Shown piece after piece: positions 1 to 10,632 of a stretch of DNA of 64,000 nt (positions within the stretch are counted from its first letter, which is position 1; each line of letters opens with the position of its first letter). The DNA lies in the NCBI GenBank assembly GCA_000091205.1, contig AP006500.2. The stretch is one strand, 5' to 3'. A program made the translations under genes and the position numbers. Under the pieces are notes generated by a model. That model was not told the origin of the DNA, made no database searches, and worked only from the letters and a program-made list of their open reading frames with translations. The DNA comes from Cyanidioschyzon merolae. Lineage: Eukaryota.

Positions 1-979
1 TCACTGCGCTCGGTATCGTGAGCCAGAGCAAGGCCGTCGACGCCGAGGCAGTGTCTGCCGTAGCCTGCGGGTACACGCGACACGTCGCTAGCTGCCAGAG
101 CGTCTCTAGCCAGTTGCTCGTATCTGACGACTGTGAACGACACTGCATTTCACCGTGCCGACTAGGACGCTGGTTCCGGGTTGTCGCCCGAGAACTCAAG
201 CGGCCACCTTGCAGAAAGTTTGGCGGAAAAGTCATTTCCGAGTATTCGTACCTTGGGCCGCTTCCACACGCCTCGTTCAGGTTCTATCAAGTCTTTGGTG
301 AGATCCTTCTCCTCTACATAGCGTTCGGGCTGTGCGGTTACGAGGTTCGGGGTCGGTCGGTTTTTCGGTTTTGTGTCGAACGCAGCGTTGCGTTGACCGG
401 GGCGGGTCAGCGGTCGAACGCTTGCTTGACCAACCTGACGTATCGGTGAAGTTGCTCGCGAGTGCGCTCATGTATTTACCAACTTGCTTGCCTCTATTAT
501 GACAAAATCATAACTTGCTTGCTTGCTTGCACGCTACTCGAGCGCAAACACTATGACAGCGTTTTCGCTGCCTCTACCGCGAACCGCCCCCGCGACTGGC
601 AGTACGCTTTTGCGTCCACGAACGGACCCAGTCAGTCAGCGAACAAGAACTTCGCCTCGTCATATGCGGGTCTAGGTATCGTTTCGCTTCATGGACCAGC
701 TGTTCGAGTAGGTCTTTCAGCGAGTCTGGTGCCCACGAGAATCGCCATCCAGATGAACCGCAACAACTGCGGTTCCAAAGTGCGCAGCACCCTCAGCATA
801 CGCTGAAACCCAGGTACTGCCCGGGCATGGTGTACCTGATGCGGCTCACCAGTGTGTTTCCTGGACTCGGGAGCCCGTCGACGATGCCCACGCCTCCTCG
901 CGAAAGCGTCAAAAGCGAAAGCGGACATGGACGAGCCGCAACGCCAACACTGTTTACAACGCGAATGCTCGCAGAGCTT

Positions 980-2035
980 CTATCGCCGGCCGTGCCATGA
1001 GCGTTTTCGAAAGTTGATAAACCAGTTAGATACTTGTTTCACAGACACACCAGTCTGGGCACTCAACTGAACCTTCACCGCGTCACTTGGGTACGGGTGA
1101 TCCCAGTGCGCTCTGGCCCAGGCTTCGAATACAGCAACGGCATGCTTCGGAAGCGGGGTTCTTCGGCGCGAGCTCGCCCGAGCAGGTTCTTGCGAGAGCG
1201 CTGCTCTCAGCGGAGTCGTTTGATCACCGGATATCGAACGATTCGCATAAGCGTCTCGTCTCAGTATATGTGTGGTCGGAGTCGGTCGTCCCGAGGCAGG
1301 GCACGCACATGTCGATGACGGGCATGCCGTGCTCCGATGCACTCCAGCGGCACGCGGAGATTCCCAGCAAGGAACGCCTTCGTGGAGCACACTGGTGCCC
1401 GCACAGATACGTAGGCGCTCGATCGGCAATGCCCTGGGCAGTGGTGTCGTTTCCGCAGTCCCGAGGCGCCCAGTCGAGCGTCCGTCGAAACCGTTGCGAC
1501 TGGGCTCGACCGCAGAGCTTGAAGCTGCGCCCGCCGAGAAGCATGGACGCAGTCGGCCGCGTTGAATGGAGACAACATCAGCCTCATGGGCGGAGTGTTT
1601 GCATTCGGTGAGGTTCTGGCCTGCAAGTGCCGACTCCCCAGCTTCGTAACAGATCACATCGCGCTGAAAGTCATCCGAGTTTGCTGACCCGGGCGCAGAG
1701 CACAATGCTCGCTCACCAAGAAACAGGAGCGCAGCCTCGACATGAGCGTCGCCGTCATCGTCGAATGCACCACCTGTTCCCGCGTGCTCGACATGGCTCG
1801 GCGCTTGCCAGTCACAGACCTCGCTTTCTCTGGACGAAAAACGCAGACCGGGCTGCGCTGGAGCAGATGTTACAGATCCTGCTACTTGATTCGAATCCCA
1901 TTTCCGCGGTATGTCTTCCGACTTTCTCGTCTTGTAGGTCATGAGGGTTTCGCTTGACCAGCGCTTGACGGCAGCAGTCAAGTTGACTACTGAGTTGACC
2001 ACTCCGTCTGCGGGTGAGCGCTGTCGACCATGCAC
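980..2035 (-). CDS. TALE-class homeobox protein, KNOX-like. The C-terminal homeodomain reads '...HWDHPYPSDAVKVQLSAQTGVSVKQVSNWFINFRKRSW'.
   Basis: A 351-aa ORF. Its C-terminus carries a TALE homeodomain with the three-residue loop extension (P-Y-P) and the WFIN-x-RKR recognition helix. The spacing and the 'xHPYPS...NWFINxRKRxW' pattern resemble KNOX-type homeodomains. A (CAT)n/(ATG)n repeat lies just upstream of the ORF start. Confidence 0.6.
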   Translation of the reverse strand: MHGRQRSPADGVVNSVVNLTAAVKRWSSETLMTYKTRKSEDIPRKWDSNQVAGSVTSAPAQPGLRFSSRESEVCDWQAPSHVEHAGTGGAFDDDGDAHVEAALLFLGERALCSAPGSANSDDFQRDVICYEAGESALAGQNLTECKHSAHEADVVSIQRGRLRPCFSAGAASSSAVEPSRNGFDGRSTGRLGTAETTPLPRALPIERLRICAGTSVLHEGVPCWESPRAAGVHRSTACPSSTCACPASGRPTPTTHILRRDAYANRSISGDQTTPLRAALSQEPARASSRRRTPLPKHAVAVFEAWARAHWDHPYPSDAVKVQLSAQTGVSVKQVSNWFINFRKRSWHGRR

Positions 2036-3175
2036 TAACCACCACCATCATCATCATCATGATCATAATTGCTCTGGGATGACGTCGTTTTCATGATGAC
2101 CAGTTCACAACCCTTGCCCGAATCCCTTCTCCTGCTCGCAGCGGCTACCAGGGCATACCCCCAGCGGCATCCACACAGCCGCTGCAGCAGGCGCTCCAGC
2201 TGATCCGCGCGACCCGCGTACGGAGGGCGCCAAGCGCGCGTGCATGACGACCGTTCCGCGGGCCACGCTGACGGGCGCGATCGATGCGCCGCGGCGATCG
2301 GACGCGAACGCTATAGGCGAGTGGAATATTCATCCATAATTGTTCTATAATGTTCTAGTTTCTTGATTGGCGAATCACGCCCTGGAGCGCGGACGCTGCA
2401 CTGCGGATGATGCCGCTTGCCGCACCAGCGTGCGCTGCAGGCTCCTATCCGAGGTGTGCGTGCGTGCGTGCGTGCGTGCCTATATACAGGGACACGTGTC
2501 CCGTAGAGGCATACGTGTCCGAATGGCGATTCTTCGAAGCGTCACGCATGCGGCAATAGCGGGTGCGTTTCGCCTCTGAGAACGTTCCGCTACGTCTCCC
2601 AGCGTACTTGTCAGTGCAGCGTATACCTCGTGCGTCTTCGATATTCAGAACTGCACGCATACGCATGCGTCGTCGTGCGCACAGAACCTGCACGTCGACG
2701 GAAACAAAATGCATAGGATGGAATGCCCTGCTCACGGTCGCTTTGATGGGCTGTCTTCGGGCCACCAGGCGTCATCAGCAGCAGAGCGATCTCATGGTCA
2801 TCGGGCGGGTGCTGTAGGCATGCACTCGAGCAACCAGTACTGACCTGGTACCCGCGATTGCCAGTCTCCCGAGCATCTGCAAGCGCATTATACTACACGT
2901 GTCCTGGTCTGCGATCTGCGCAGGTCGGGCCCCGGGTCCCAGAGCACGAGGTCGTGAGATCAATGCACTCGCTCACGGAAGCTTCAGAAAATGATGGATA
3001 GCGGCTTGAACATGTTTGGGGAAACCGCGCGAAACAGCAAGAGATGCCCGGCGAGCACATATACGCAGAACTGGACGAGAGCATTCCTGATTCGCAAGGG
3101 CATCCCTAGGGGTGCGCGCACACCGTCCCGTACCACGCGCTGGGGCTTGCCGGTCTCGAGGACGCATCCTGCCCG

Positions 3176-5149
3176 CTAGACCTCTGAGCTGGGGTTCGTT
3201 GTCGTTGACGTTGCAGGGCACGCAACTGTACGAGCGGACTCCAATTGTCTTGCAAGCTCTTCTAGCTGCTCATGAAAGATGCCCTTCATATCAGCGATAT
3301 CTTCGCGCAGTTCCTGGACGAGCTCCTCTTTCTCCCCGAGCAGCTCGAGAAGGGCCTGCTCGCGTTCATGCATCCGCCGGATTTCATCGTCCAGACGCTT
3401 CACTTGGGCAGCCTGTGATTCAAGTTTCTCGTTAAGTTGTGCCATCTCGCTCGTCAAGTTCTGAATAATGTCTTCGCGTCGCATAAGTTCCGTTTGGAGA
3501 CTGCGAATCACATTCGCGCGGTGACGCAGGTGCGACTGAACTTCCGTCCACTGCACGAGGTTTGGTAGCGAGCCCGAAAGCAGCAACTCTCCAGCACTTA
3601 CTGAAGAGCCAGGCGTACTGTGCCTTTCGTCCACTGCGTCCTCGGGCGCGGAAACGTTGTCAAGTGTTTCCCCTGCCACCAACGAGGCCGTTGGTGTGTC
3701 GCGAACTGTCTGCACTGCCGACGCTTCACCAGGTTGCATTTGCGATGCTGTCGGAACGGCTTCGCAGAGAGAGGGCGTCGTCATCAGCTGCCTGCGTTCG
3801 ATTTGAAGCCTTCTCCGCAAGCCGCCCAAAGCGTGGGCGGTTTCTCGTGCCTCAGACTCATAAGCACGCTGAAGCCGCAACCAGTCTTCTCGAAAAGTGA
3901 AGAGGGTCCTGCGTAGCTGAGCGCAACACGTGCGGATCTGGCTGAGCACTTTTGCCGCAGCGACGCGCTGTTCGCGTAGCGTCGACCCCAAGGCGACAAA
4001 GTCACGGAGTTTCCATTCGAGCTCGCGTGCACGTGTGTCGAGTCGCGTATGCTCTTCGAGTAATGCCGCTCGGGCTACATTTGCTGCCTCCAGTTCTGCT
4101 CGGATCTGGAGAACCTGCTGTTCGAGCCGCTCTTGGATGGTCGCTTCGCCGGCACTACGCTGACGGAGTTGTTCGTGCAGTACCTGAATTTGTCGCATGA
4201 GTGGTTTCGTCGCCTCGGAGACGCTCCTGGAGAGCTCTTCATTCTGTTGTTCCAACTCAGACACATGCGCACGAGCTTGTGCGACTTCCTCGCGCCACTG
4301 ACGCTCTCGCCGCCCCTGTTCCTGCTGTGTTCGCTCGAGGAGAGCCTTCACATGTTCGAGCTGGGACTGCAGAACTTCGAGCCGATCCCTGTACTCACTC
4401 TTGGCTATTTCAAGCTGTTCCTGCGCTTTCATGGCCAGACGCCTAGTCAGGCTTCGCAGCTCGGCCTCGTGTTCGTCGCGGAGCTCGTGAAGTCTAGTCT
4501 CTAGCGTCTGCAGCTCAGACCGCTGGACGTGTTCCTGCTCGCAATGCTTTCGTTGCTCTTCTGCTTGTTTCAACTGCGCCAGTTGTGCCTGGAGACGAGC
4601 CTGGCATTCCTGAACGCGCTCTTCCTCCTTTCGCAGCTGGAGTGCAGTGCTATTCGCTCGGCTACGCTCCGAGTCGACAAGACGTTCGAGTTCACGTATA
4701 CGTTTTCTCTGGGCTTGTACTTGCTGATCTCGTTCGTAAACGAGCTTGGATAGACGCTGCGCTTCCTGATATAGCTCCTGTGCGTTCTCTGCGGCCTCCA
4801 AAGAAGGGCGTGGACTCGGGAGCCGCCCCGGTCCGACCTGCGAACCGTAGCTGCCCGCTCCAGAGTCACGCTCCTTTGCATCAGTTCGCGGACTGTGGCC
4901 TTCTTCAGCACCGGTCGCAGCAAGAACGTGCGCTCTTGAAGCATCATCGGTCTCGCTGCGCAGCGTTTTCGAGTCGAACGAAGCGCCAGAATCCTGCTCA
5001 TGGGACGCTTCCGGTGAACGTCCACGCACCTCTGCGGTTGCAGACAACGCGGGTTCCGTTATCTCGGGCGCAGCAACGTCTTCCCATTCCTCCTCGTCAG
5101 CAACTGCTCGTCGCATCCAGCAGGTGGCCCAACGCTGAACTAGAACCAA
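3176..5149 (-). CDS. Long coiled-coil protein of unknown function (golgin/TMF-like heptad-rich protein)
   Basis: An uninterrupted 657-aa ORF, extremely rich in E/Q/R/L heptad-like segments ('ELERLVDSERSRANSTALQLRKEEERVQECQARLQAQLAQLKQAEEQRK...'). Only short ORFs are seen in its other frames. Confidence 0.5.
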   Translation of the reverse strand: MVLVQRWATCWMRRAVADEEEWEDVAAPEITEPALSATAEVRGRSPEASHEQDSGASFDSKTLRSETDDASRAHVLAATGAEEGHSPRTDAKERDSGAGSYGSQVGPGRLPSPRPSLEAAENAQELYQEAQRLSKLVYERDQQVQAQRKRIRELERLVDSERSRANSTALQLRKEEERVQECQARLQAQLAQLKQAEEQRKHCEQEHVQRSELQTLETRLHELRDEHEAELRSLTRRLAMKAQEQLEIAKSEYRDRLEVLQSQLEHVKALLERTQQEQGRRERQWREEVAQARAHVSELEQQNEELSRSVSEATKPLMRQIQVLHEQLRQRSAGEATIQERLEQQVLQIRAELEAANVARAALLEEHTRLDTRARELEWKLRDFVALGSTLREQRVAAAKVLSQIRTCCAQLRRTLFTFREDWLRLQRAYESEARETAHALGGLRRRLQIERRQLMTTPSLCEAVPTASQMQPGEASAVQTVRDTPTASLVAGETLDNVSAPEDAVDERHSTPGSSVSAGELLLSGSLPNLVQWTEVQSHLRHRANVIRSLQTELMRREDIIQNLTSEMAQLNEKLESQAAQVKRLDDEIRRMHEREQALLELLGEKEELVQELREDIADMKGIFHEQLEELARQLESARTVACPATSTTTNPSSEV

Positions 5150-6539
5150 TAAACTCTATTTGCTTCCTCCGCGAAGACGCGAACCTGTAAAGTGCTATGT
5201 GAGGATGCCAGTGCGCACTGGCACTTGCAGACAGCAGCGGCAACAAGCGCTGCTTCTCCTGGTTCAGTTGACTCCCGAACGCGGTGCCATGTGCATAGTA
5301 CAGAGGTATCAAGGTTTGAGCCATCATGGTGAAGCTCAACGGGTCTTTTTAAAATACGACCTGAGCAAATCTTGATCGAAGAAAACTTGCCGAATATACG
5401 CAACCCGCATCAACACCGTATGCGTAGACACTCCGTGGTTACGGGTACACAAAATCAAGTCTCGGAAAAGTCATCGGAGCATTTTGAGGCGGTCTGCTGG
5501 GTACAAGTCGAGGCAGACGCAACCTGCATTGCCGAAGTTTGACACACACGAACCAAGAATGCTCGCAGCAGTTTGTACACATCGCTTTGCAGCGAACCAT
5601 ACCGAAGCAATGGAGCTTCATCTGGAATGATTTCGTCAGCGTCTGTTGCTTCCCGATTCACCAGCAGTGGCTTTGATGCGCTAAGCAGGAAGCCAGTGCA
5701 GAGGACGATTGTGCACCAGGTTGCTTTGGACCCAACAAGAGTCCAGCATGGCCCGCGCAGTACTTGAACTCGTACGCGCGGTTGCGCAAGCATACGATGC
5801 ACTTGTCTGCAACCTGAGGAGACCTGCCAGTGTACCCTGGTCTGCAGAGGCGCGTTCGCATGCATTAGTCTCAATGCGGAAAAGAACGAACGGACACTGT
5901 TCATGGCTCGCTTGTGGACCCGTGGCCACCCAGAGAAACGACGGGGAACGAAGGCAAGCTAAGCGGGTTCCTGAGGGAGAAGCTCTCGATTCGAACGCGA
6001 GGACGTATCAAGAATTTTGGTGATTATGTTCCCGAGCCTTAAAGCGCTCATGAGAATCGTCCTCTCCTCCGAAAAGGATCGGGTTTCCACGAAATGCTTC
6101 CCCGGCAGCGTCACTGAAATCCACGCACCAGCGTCAGCAGCGAACGCGAATAATGCCACACGAACAATCCAGGCATACGGAATCAGGCAACTCGGAAACG
6201 TGTCATTCACGGCCTCGGAGATGTGGTGCTACCAGGAGGCACAAGCACAGGCAGCAACCGGAATCGTTGCAGAAGCAACAATGCCGGTACTTGCAATCAT
6301 TCCAATAGGAGTGGCTGCGGCTGTGCCAGATTGAAATGCGAAACTGCATTGCTTGCTCGGTTCTTTTCCGTCGTTTTCTCGCCCAGCCTCATGCGGTGTA
6401 CATCCGCTACATTCGAAGCGGAGCAACAGCGGCTTACGAATGCACGCGTCGGTTCAGGATCCGGAGTCGTCTCGTCCGAGAGGCTCCTTGGACGCGTCAC
6501 CGTTGCATTTCCGCATGCCATCGGAATCGAGATAGCTCG

Positions 6540-6960
6540 CGATGCCGCTGGAAACCAATTCCAAAATTAACCGATACCATTCCCGAGTTCATACAATGAA
6601 GCTTCGAGCCTGCCCCTCTCGTTACGTTTAGCATGCTCAAATCACACACGCTCCAAGTATTCGATTTCTCTGTTTCAAGGTCGCTCGTGGGCGGAGCATG
6701 TGGCGCTCCGGCACCGACCACGAAAGAGAATCGGTGTCATCTGCTTGGCAGCTTGTTGACCAGCGTATACCGCAAATTCAGTCAACCTGTAACGTCAAAT
6801 GAGAGAGATCGAATGTGTTCGAAAGACAGGTTCTCGCTTTTCTGTGGTCGTCGTCTACGCGGGATTCTACAGTACCATGACGCCTCTGACAGCGTATGCT
6901 CCAGGATGCTCCAGTCGGTTGCGCTTGCCCGCAAGAGGGTTTCTGAGTCAGACCTGACTC
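6540..6960 (+). repeat. Dispersed repeat family 2, copy 1 (~450 bp, carrying a small conserved ORF)
   Basis: It aligns by eye to 47730-48160 (+) and to the reverse complement of 42330-42800. All three share 'taaccgataYcRttgtYcaatgcaYaRgta...catgYtcaaatcac...ttcaaggtYtcgatYt...tttcaag'. An ORF starts at 6633 (MLKSHTLQVFDFSVS...). Confidence 0.65.
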
Positions 6961-7599
6961 ATCTACGGGATCGCATCCAGTGGAGCGTGTAGCATCGCTT
7001 TGCATGAGGCGAGCGTTGTCGGACGGGAGTCTCTCGACCTGTTCCCTGGTCTGGCGTCGCCTTCGAGGCCTTGGTGCATCATGGAAAACATCGCGCTCCA
7101 CGAACCCGCTATCGAGTGGACCAGCGTGCGCTTCCACGCCCAGCAGACAGCGTCCTCGACGCTGGGAGCGCCCTGAGGAAGCCCCTGATCGTAGAGTACG
7201 GCACGAGACGCAGAGACGCGAGGCGGGTATCGAGGATAGCCTGCAGTGCCTGCCACGAGCGTGTACCGAGCGATGACGCAAGCGTTGACGCGCCACAGGG
7301 CAGCCTTCTCATGAAGACGTGTGGTCTGCATATCGTTAGACCTGAACGCAGCCACGTGTCGTCTCTGCGAAGGGCGTCTCCAGGTTGTCTGGCGAAAGGA
7401 TGAGAGTGGCAGGCGAAACGTCGATCACAACTTTTGCCAGTGCACGGCATGCGTTGACAACAATCGGCAGCTACGACACCGGGATTTGAACACCACCACC
7501 TATATCCATCGACTGCTATCGACGGAGCTGGCGGCAAAGGGGAGACCAGCGTGTTTACACCCGGAGATTCGAGGAAACACAGGGAAACATTCTTGGGGA

Positions 7600-8290
7600 A
7601 AGAGGCCACAAACGCTGGTGCGCATAAGAATAGGACGAAACGAAAACCTCGGTGCGTACGTCTTTATCAGTGGATCTGTTCTATCTGGTACTGGCGTGAA
7701 CAGTGAAACAGAAAATGGTTCACAACCATGGACGGTAGATATATCCACTCACCCGCTGACGTCTCCCGGCCTTTTTGACCGACCCTCTGCTATCTGCTCC
7801 AGCTTTTCCTTCTACTCTTCGAGCCTGAGAGGCTGCCCCACAAACTTGTATCTCGTCAGCCCCGGGGGTCTCGTCTTCAGCACCACAAATCTCCTGGTAT
7901 TGATGACAGCGCTGAGGTCCTGGTACACGAATCCGATGCGTTTGCTGCCGCTGATAGAACTCATCAGTGCAAGAATTCCTCGAACTCGCGCACTCTGTTC
8001 CACTATAGTCTCATTGTCGTCCAGCCCAACAAACACCTTTTCCCGCCTATTTCCCTACTTATTCTTTTTCGTCCTCATTTGCCCCGTTTCGCTGGATGAT
8101 TGACGAGGAGCGGATCTTATTCGTTGTTTTCCAGCAGCCAGCGACACAGTGCATCCACGATCCCCGATTTAGGCATCAATACCTATCCCCTTGACTTTTT
8201 ATTTCTTCAACTGAACACACTGGGAACGCGTCTTCTATAACCCGAGAAAAGTCATTTTTAATGAAACGCATCTGGTAACGGAACACTATT
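7600..8290 (-). repeat. Truncated, diverged copy of the Fanzor/TnpB-like element 3' region (copy B)
   Basis: The ORF at 7812-8036 (-) reads 'RIGFVYQDLSAVINTRRFVVLKTRPPG', homologous to the '[27 protein letters not shown]' segment of copy A. Its downstream part (7600-7810) aligns by eye to the post-stop blocks of copies A, C and D ('gacgtctcccggcctttttgaccg'; 'ccatggttgtgaaccattttctgtttcactgt'). Upstream, 8040-8290 aligns to copies C and D. Confidence 0.7.
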
Positions 8291-8570
8291 GAAGTGAAAG
8301 TCTATACACCGATCGTCTGTCTGGACGGTGGCTCGCCACACCGATCGCACCAACACACGAGTGGCGCTTGCCGCTGCAAAACATACCATTGTTGCTCATT
8401 AGGAGTAGGTTCTAGAGCTTGCACTCCTTGTACGTCGATCATCATCTATACAGGCACAGGTAATACGTTTCCGAGCCAGTGACTTTCCCAGACAGAATCT
8501 GCTTTTGAACTAGCTTGCTGAACGTGTTTGATCGTGCGCTTTGGGAGCAGGTACTTGAGCTTCGACGCTC

Positions 8571-9380
8571 ATGTGGGGAAGTTTACGCCTCTTGTCGCGG
8601 ATCCGCGTCCGCAACGGTTTGCCAGAAGCGTCTACTGGCAGACCGCTGATCAACCTGAGGTGTCGTTCGATGCACAGCAGCCAGCGAGACAACCCTGCAA
8701 CGCAGACAGACGTCGCTGGGACCCAGCGCGCACTCAGTTCCGTTGCTGCTGCGGTAGCGGCGACGGCTGGGTCCGCCAATGCCAACATTCCGCTGCCTGA
8801 CTTGCCGTACGATTATGACGCTTTGGAGCCGGTCATCAGTGCAGAGATCATGCGTTTGCATCACACCAAACACCACCAGGGCTACGTGAAAAACCTGAAC
8901 AACGCACTGAACACGCTACACAGTACAGACCACGTTCCAACGCTCATTTCGCTGCAGCCTTCACTGGTATTCAACGGAGGGGGCCACCTCAATCACTCGA
9001 TCCTTTGGACGAATCTGGCTCCAGTCGGGAAGGGAGGCGGCGAGCTCCCGGATAAAGATTCACCCCTATTGAAAGCCATAGAGAGCGATTTTGGTAGCCT
9101 GAACAATTTCATGAGCTTGATGAACACTGCCGCAGCTGGGATTCAAGGTAGCGGTTGGGCCTGGCTCGCCCTGAATCGGAACCTGCGGCGACTGGACATC
9201 ATCACTCGGTCGAATCAGGATCCCGTCGTAGGGGCCTACACACCGCTCCTCGGTATTGATGTTTGGGAGCACGCCTATTATCTCCAGTACAAGAGCGATC
9301 GCGCAGCATATCTGAAGAACATCTGGCAGGTCATCCATTGGAAAGATGTCATGAAGCGTTACGAAGCTGCGATCGCATGA
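8571..9380 (+). CDS. Manganese superoxide dismutase (Fe/Mn-SOD family) with an N-terminal targeting extension
   Basis: Diagnostic Mn/Fe-SOD motifs are present: 'LHHTKHHQGYVKNLNNALN', 'GGGHLNHSILW' and 'DVWEHAYYLQYKSDRAAYLKNIWQVIHWKDV'. The true start is probably the internal Met near position 8670 (MHSSQRD...), followed by a presequence rich in A, S and R. Confidence 0.9.
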   Translation: MWGSLRLLSRIRVRNGLPEASTGRPLINLRCRSMHSSQRDNPATQTDVAGTQRALSSVAAAVAATAGSANANIPLPDLPYDYDALEPVISAEIMRLHHTKHHQGYVKNLNNALNTLHSTDHVPTLISLQPSLVFNGGGHLNHSILWTNLAPVGKGGGELPDKDSPLLKAIESDFGSLNNFMSLMNTAAAGIQGSGWAWLALNRNLRRLDIITRSNQDPVVGAYTPLLGIDVWEHAYYLQYKSDRAAYLKNIWQVIHWKDVMKRYEAAIA

Positions 9381-9396
9381 AGGGACCCCTCAGAGG

Positions 9397-9470
9397 CTCA
9401 GTCAGTCAGTCAGTCAGTCAGTCAGTCAGTCAGTCAGTCGGTCGATCGGTCGGTCGGTCGATCGGCCTCG
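9397..9470. repeat. Tetranucleotide microsatellite, (CAGT)n decaying into (CGGT)/(CGAT) units
   Basis: A direct read of 'cagtcagtcagtcagtcagtcagtcagtcagtcagtcggtcgatcggtcggtcggtcgatcgg' immediately 3' of the SOD stop codon. Confidence 0.95.
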
Positions 9471-10632
9471 ATGCGATTGGGTTCGTGGGAAACCGCCTGC
9501 GCTCCGCATATCGGCAGCGGGATGATCGAGCGGCATTCTTCGGTAGCCGCGGTCGCTTCTGGTAGCCCGTGCATTTCGCCATGAGGGATGCGTCATTCGC
9601 CGTGAAGCGCCGGCTGGGCGACACTCGTCGATAAACGGATCGATTCTAGCCAGCTTTCCAAGAGTTTGCCGCGGAACGCAGACGACGGCATCGATATTCG
9701 TCCTCAATGAAATACCATTGTCTTGATGCCGTCCCCGAAGCGGCACGCTGGTAGACGATACAACGCAGACAACGCTGATATCCGAATAGAGCGTGAGGGT
9801 CTGCGGGTGCAACCCACGCAACCTGGACATCCCAAACCCGCCACTCGTGACGAGTCCTTCACGTGCGCCCGCTCAGCGCATTAGCTGGGAATCATGCGCT
9901 GGTGACAGGGAGATGCCAGACGCGCTCTGTCCGTTGTAGCTGACACCGCCAACGAAAACGAAACCGCCCACAGCACCCGTCATGCGCAAATGTATCGTGC
10001 TGAGGGCGTATGGCGGGCGTTGGGCTGTCCGCGAGACCCGAGTCCGCACTCCATCCGAATTCGTGCCCAGCAGGCACCGATGATCATGGTGTATGAGCGC
10101 GGATCAGCTGGCGTGCATCGGGCAGGTCGATGCGCACCTTGCCCATTCTATCAGTGTCATCTAAGTGCAGAAATGTACTGTTTTATACAAGGTCTGCACA
10201 CCGGGCAGGTCGATGCGCGCCTTACCCTTTTTAGTGTCAATTAAATACATATATGTTCAGGTTTATACGACATCTGCGCATGAAGCCGTAGCGCCGCAGT
10301 CCTGCAGGCAACCGGCGGCGCGTCAGGCTCCATGCCTGGTATCGCACTGAGGTGGACGTTGCCGGACAGCGCGCGATGTGCACGGTATGATTCGTACCGC
10401 GCAGTGCAACGTTCGGATTTCCTTCAAGCCCGGCAACACACCAGAGCGTGACCGCGACGAGCGCGCTCACTCAACAGGTCAACTGCGGCGTCTGCAGTGC
10501 AACCGCTGCTGCATGCATCATGCAAGCATGTCGGCGTATGAGACGCAGTTCGGACGTAACCCTCGGAACGCCTTGAACCTCCGCACCATCACCGCTGCCT
10601 TGTGGCGTGTTCAGCCGCTGGCGGATGGTCGT

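Noticed and set aside
7321-8103. A 260-aa plus-strand ORF, plus similar plus-strand ORFs at 25328-25750 and 43173-43421 that share the motif 'L(M/I)(A/T)AL(K/R)S(R/W)(F/Y)TN(S/P)(M/I)R(L/F)LP'
   Set aside because: These are the antisense reading frames of the Fanzor/TnpB-like C-terminal segment: '[14 protein letters not shown]' is the reverse-complement translation of '...[13 protein letters not shown]...'. The conservation reflects the sense-strand gene, not a separate protein family.
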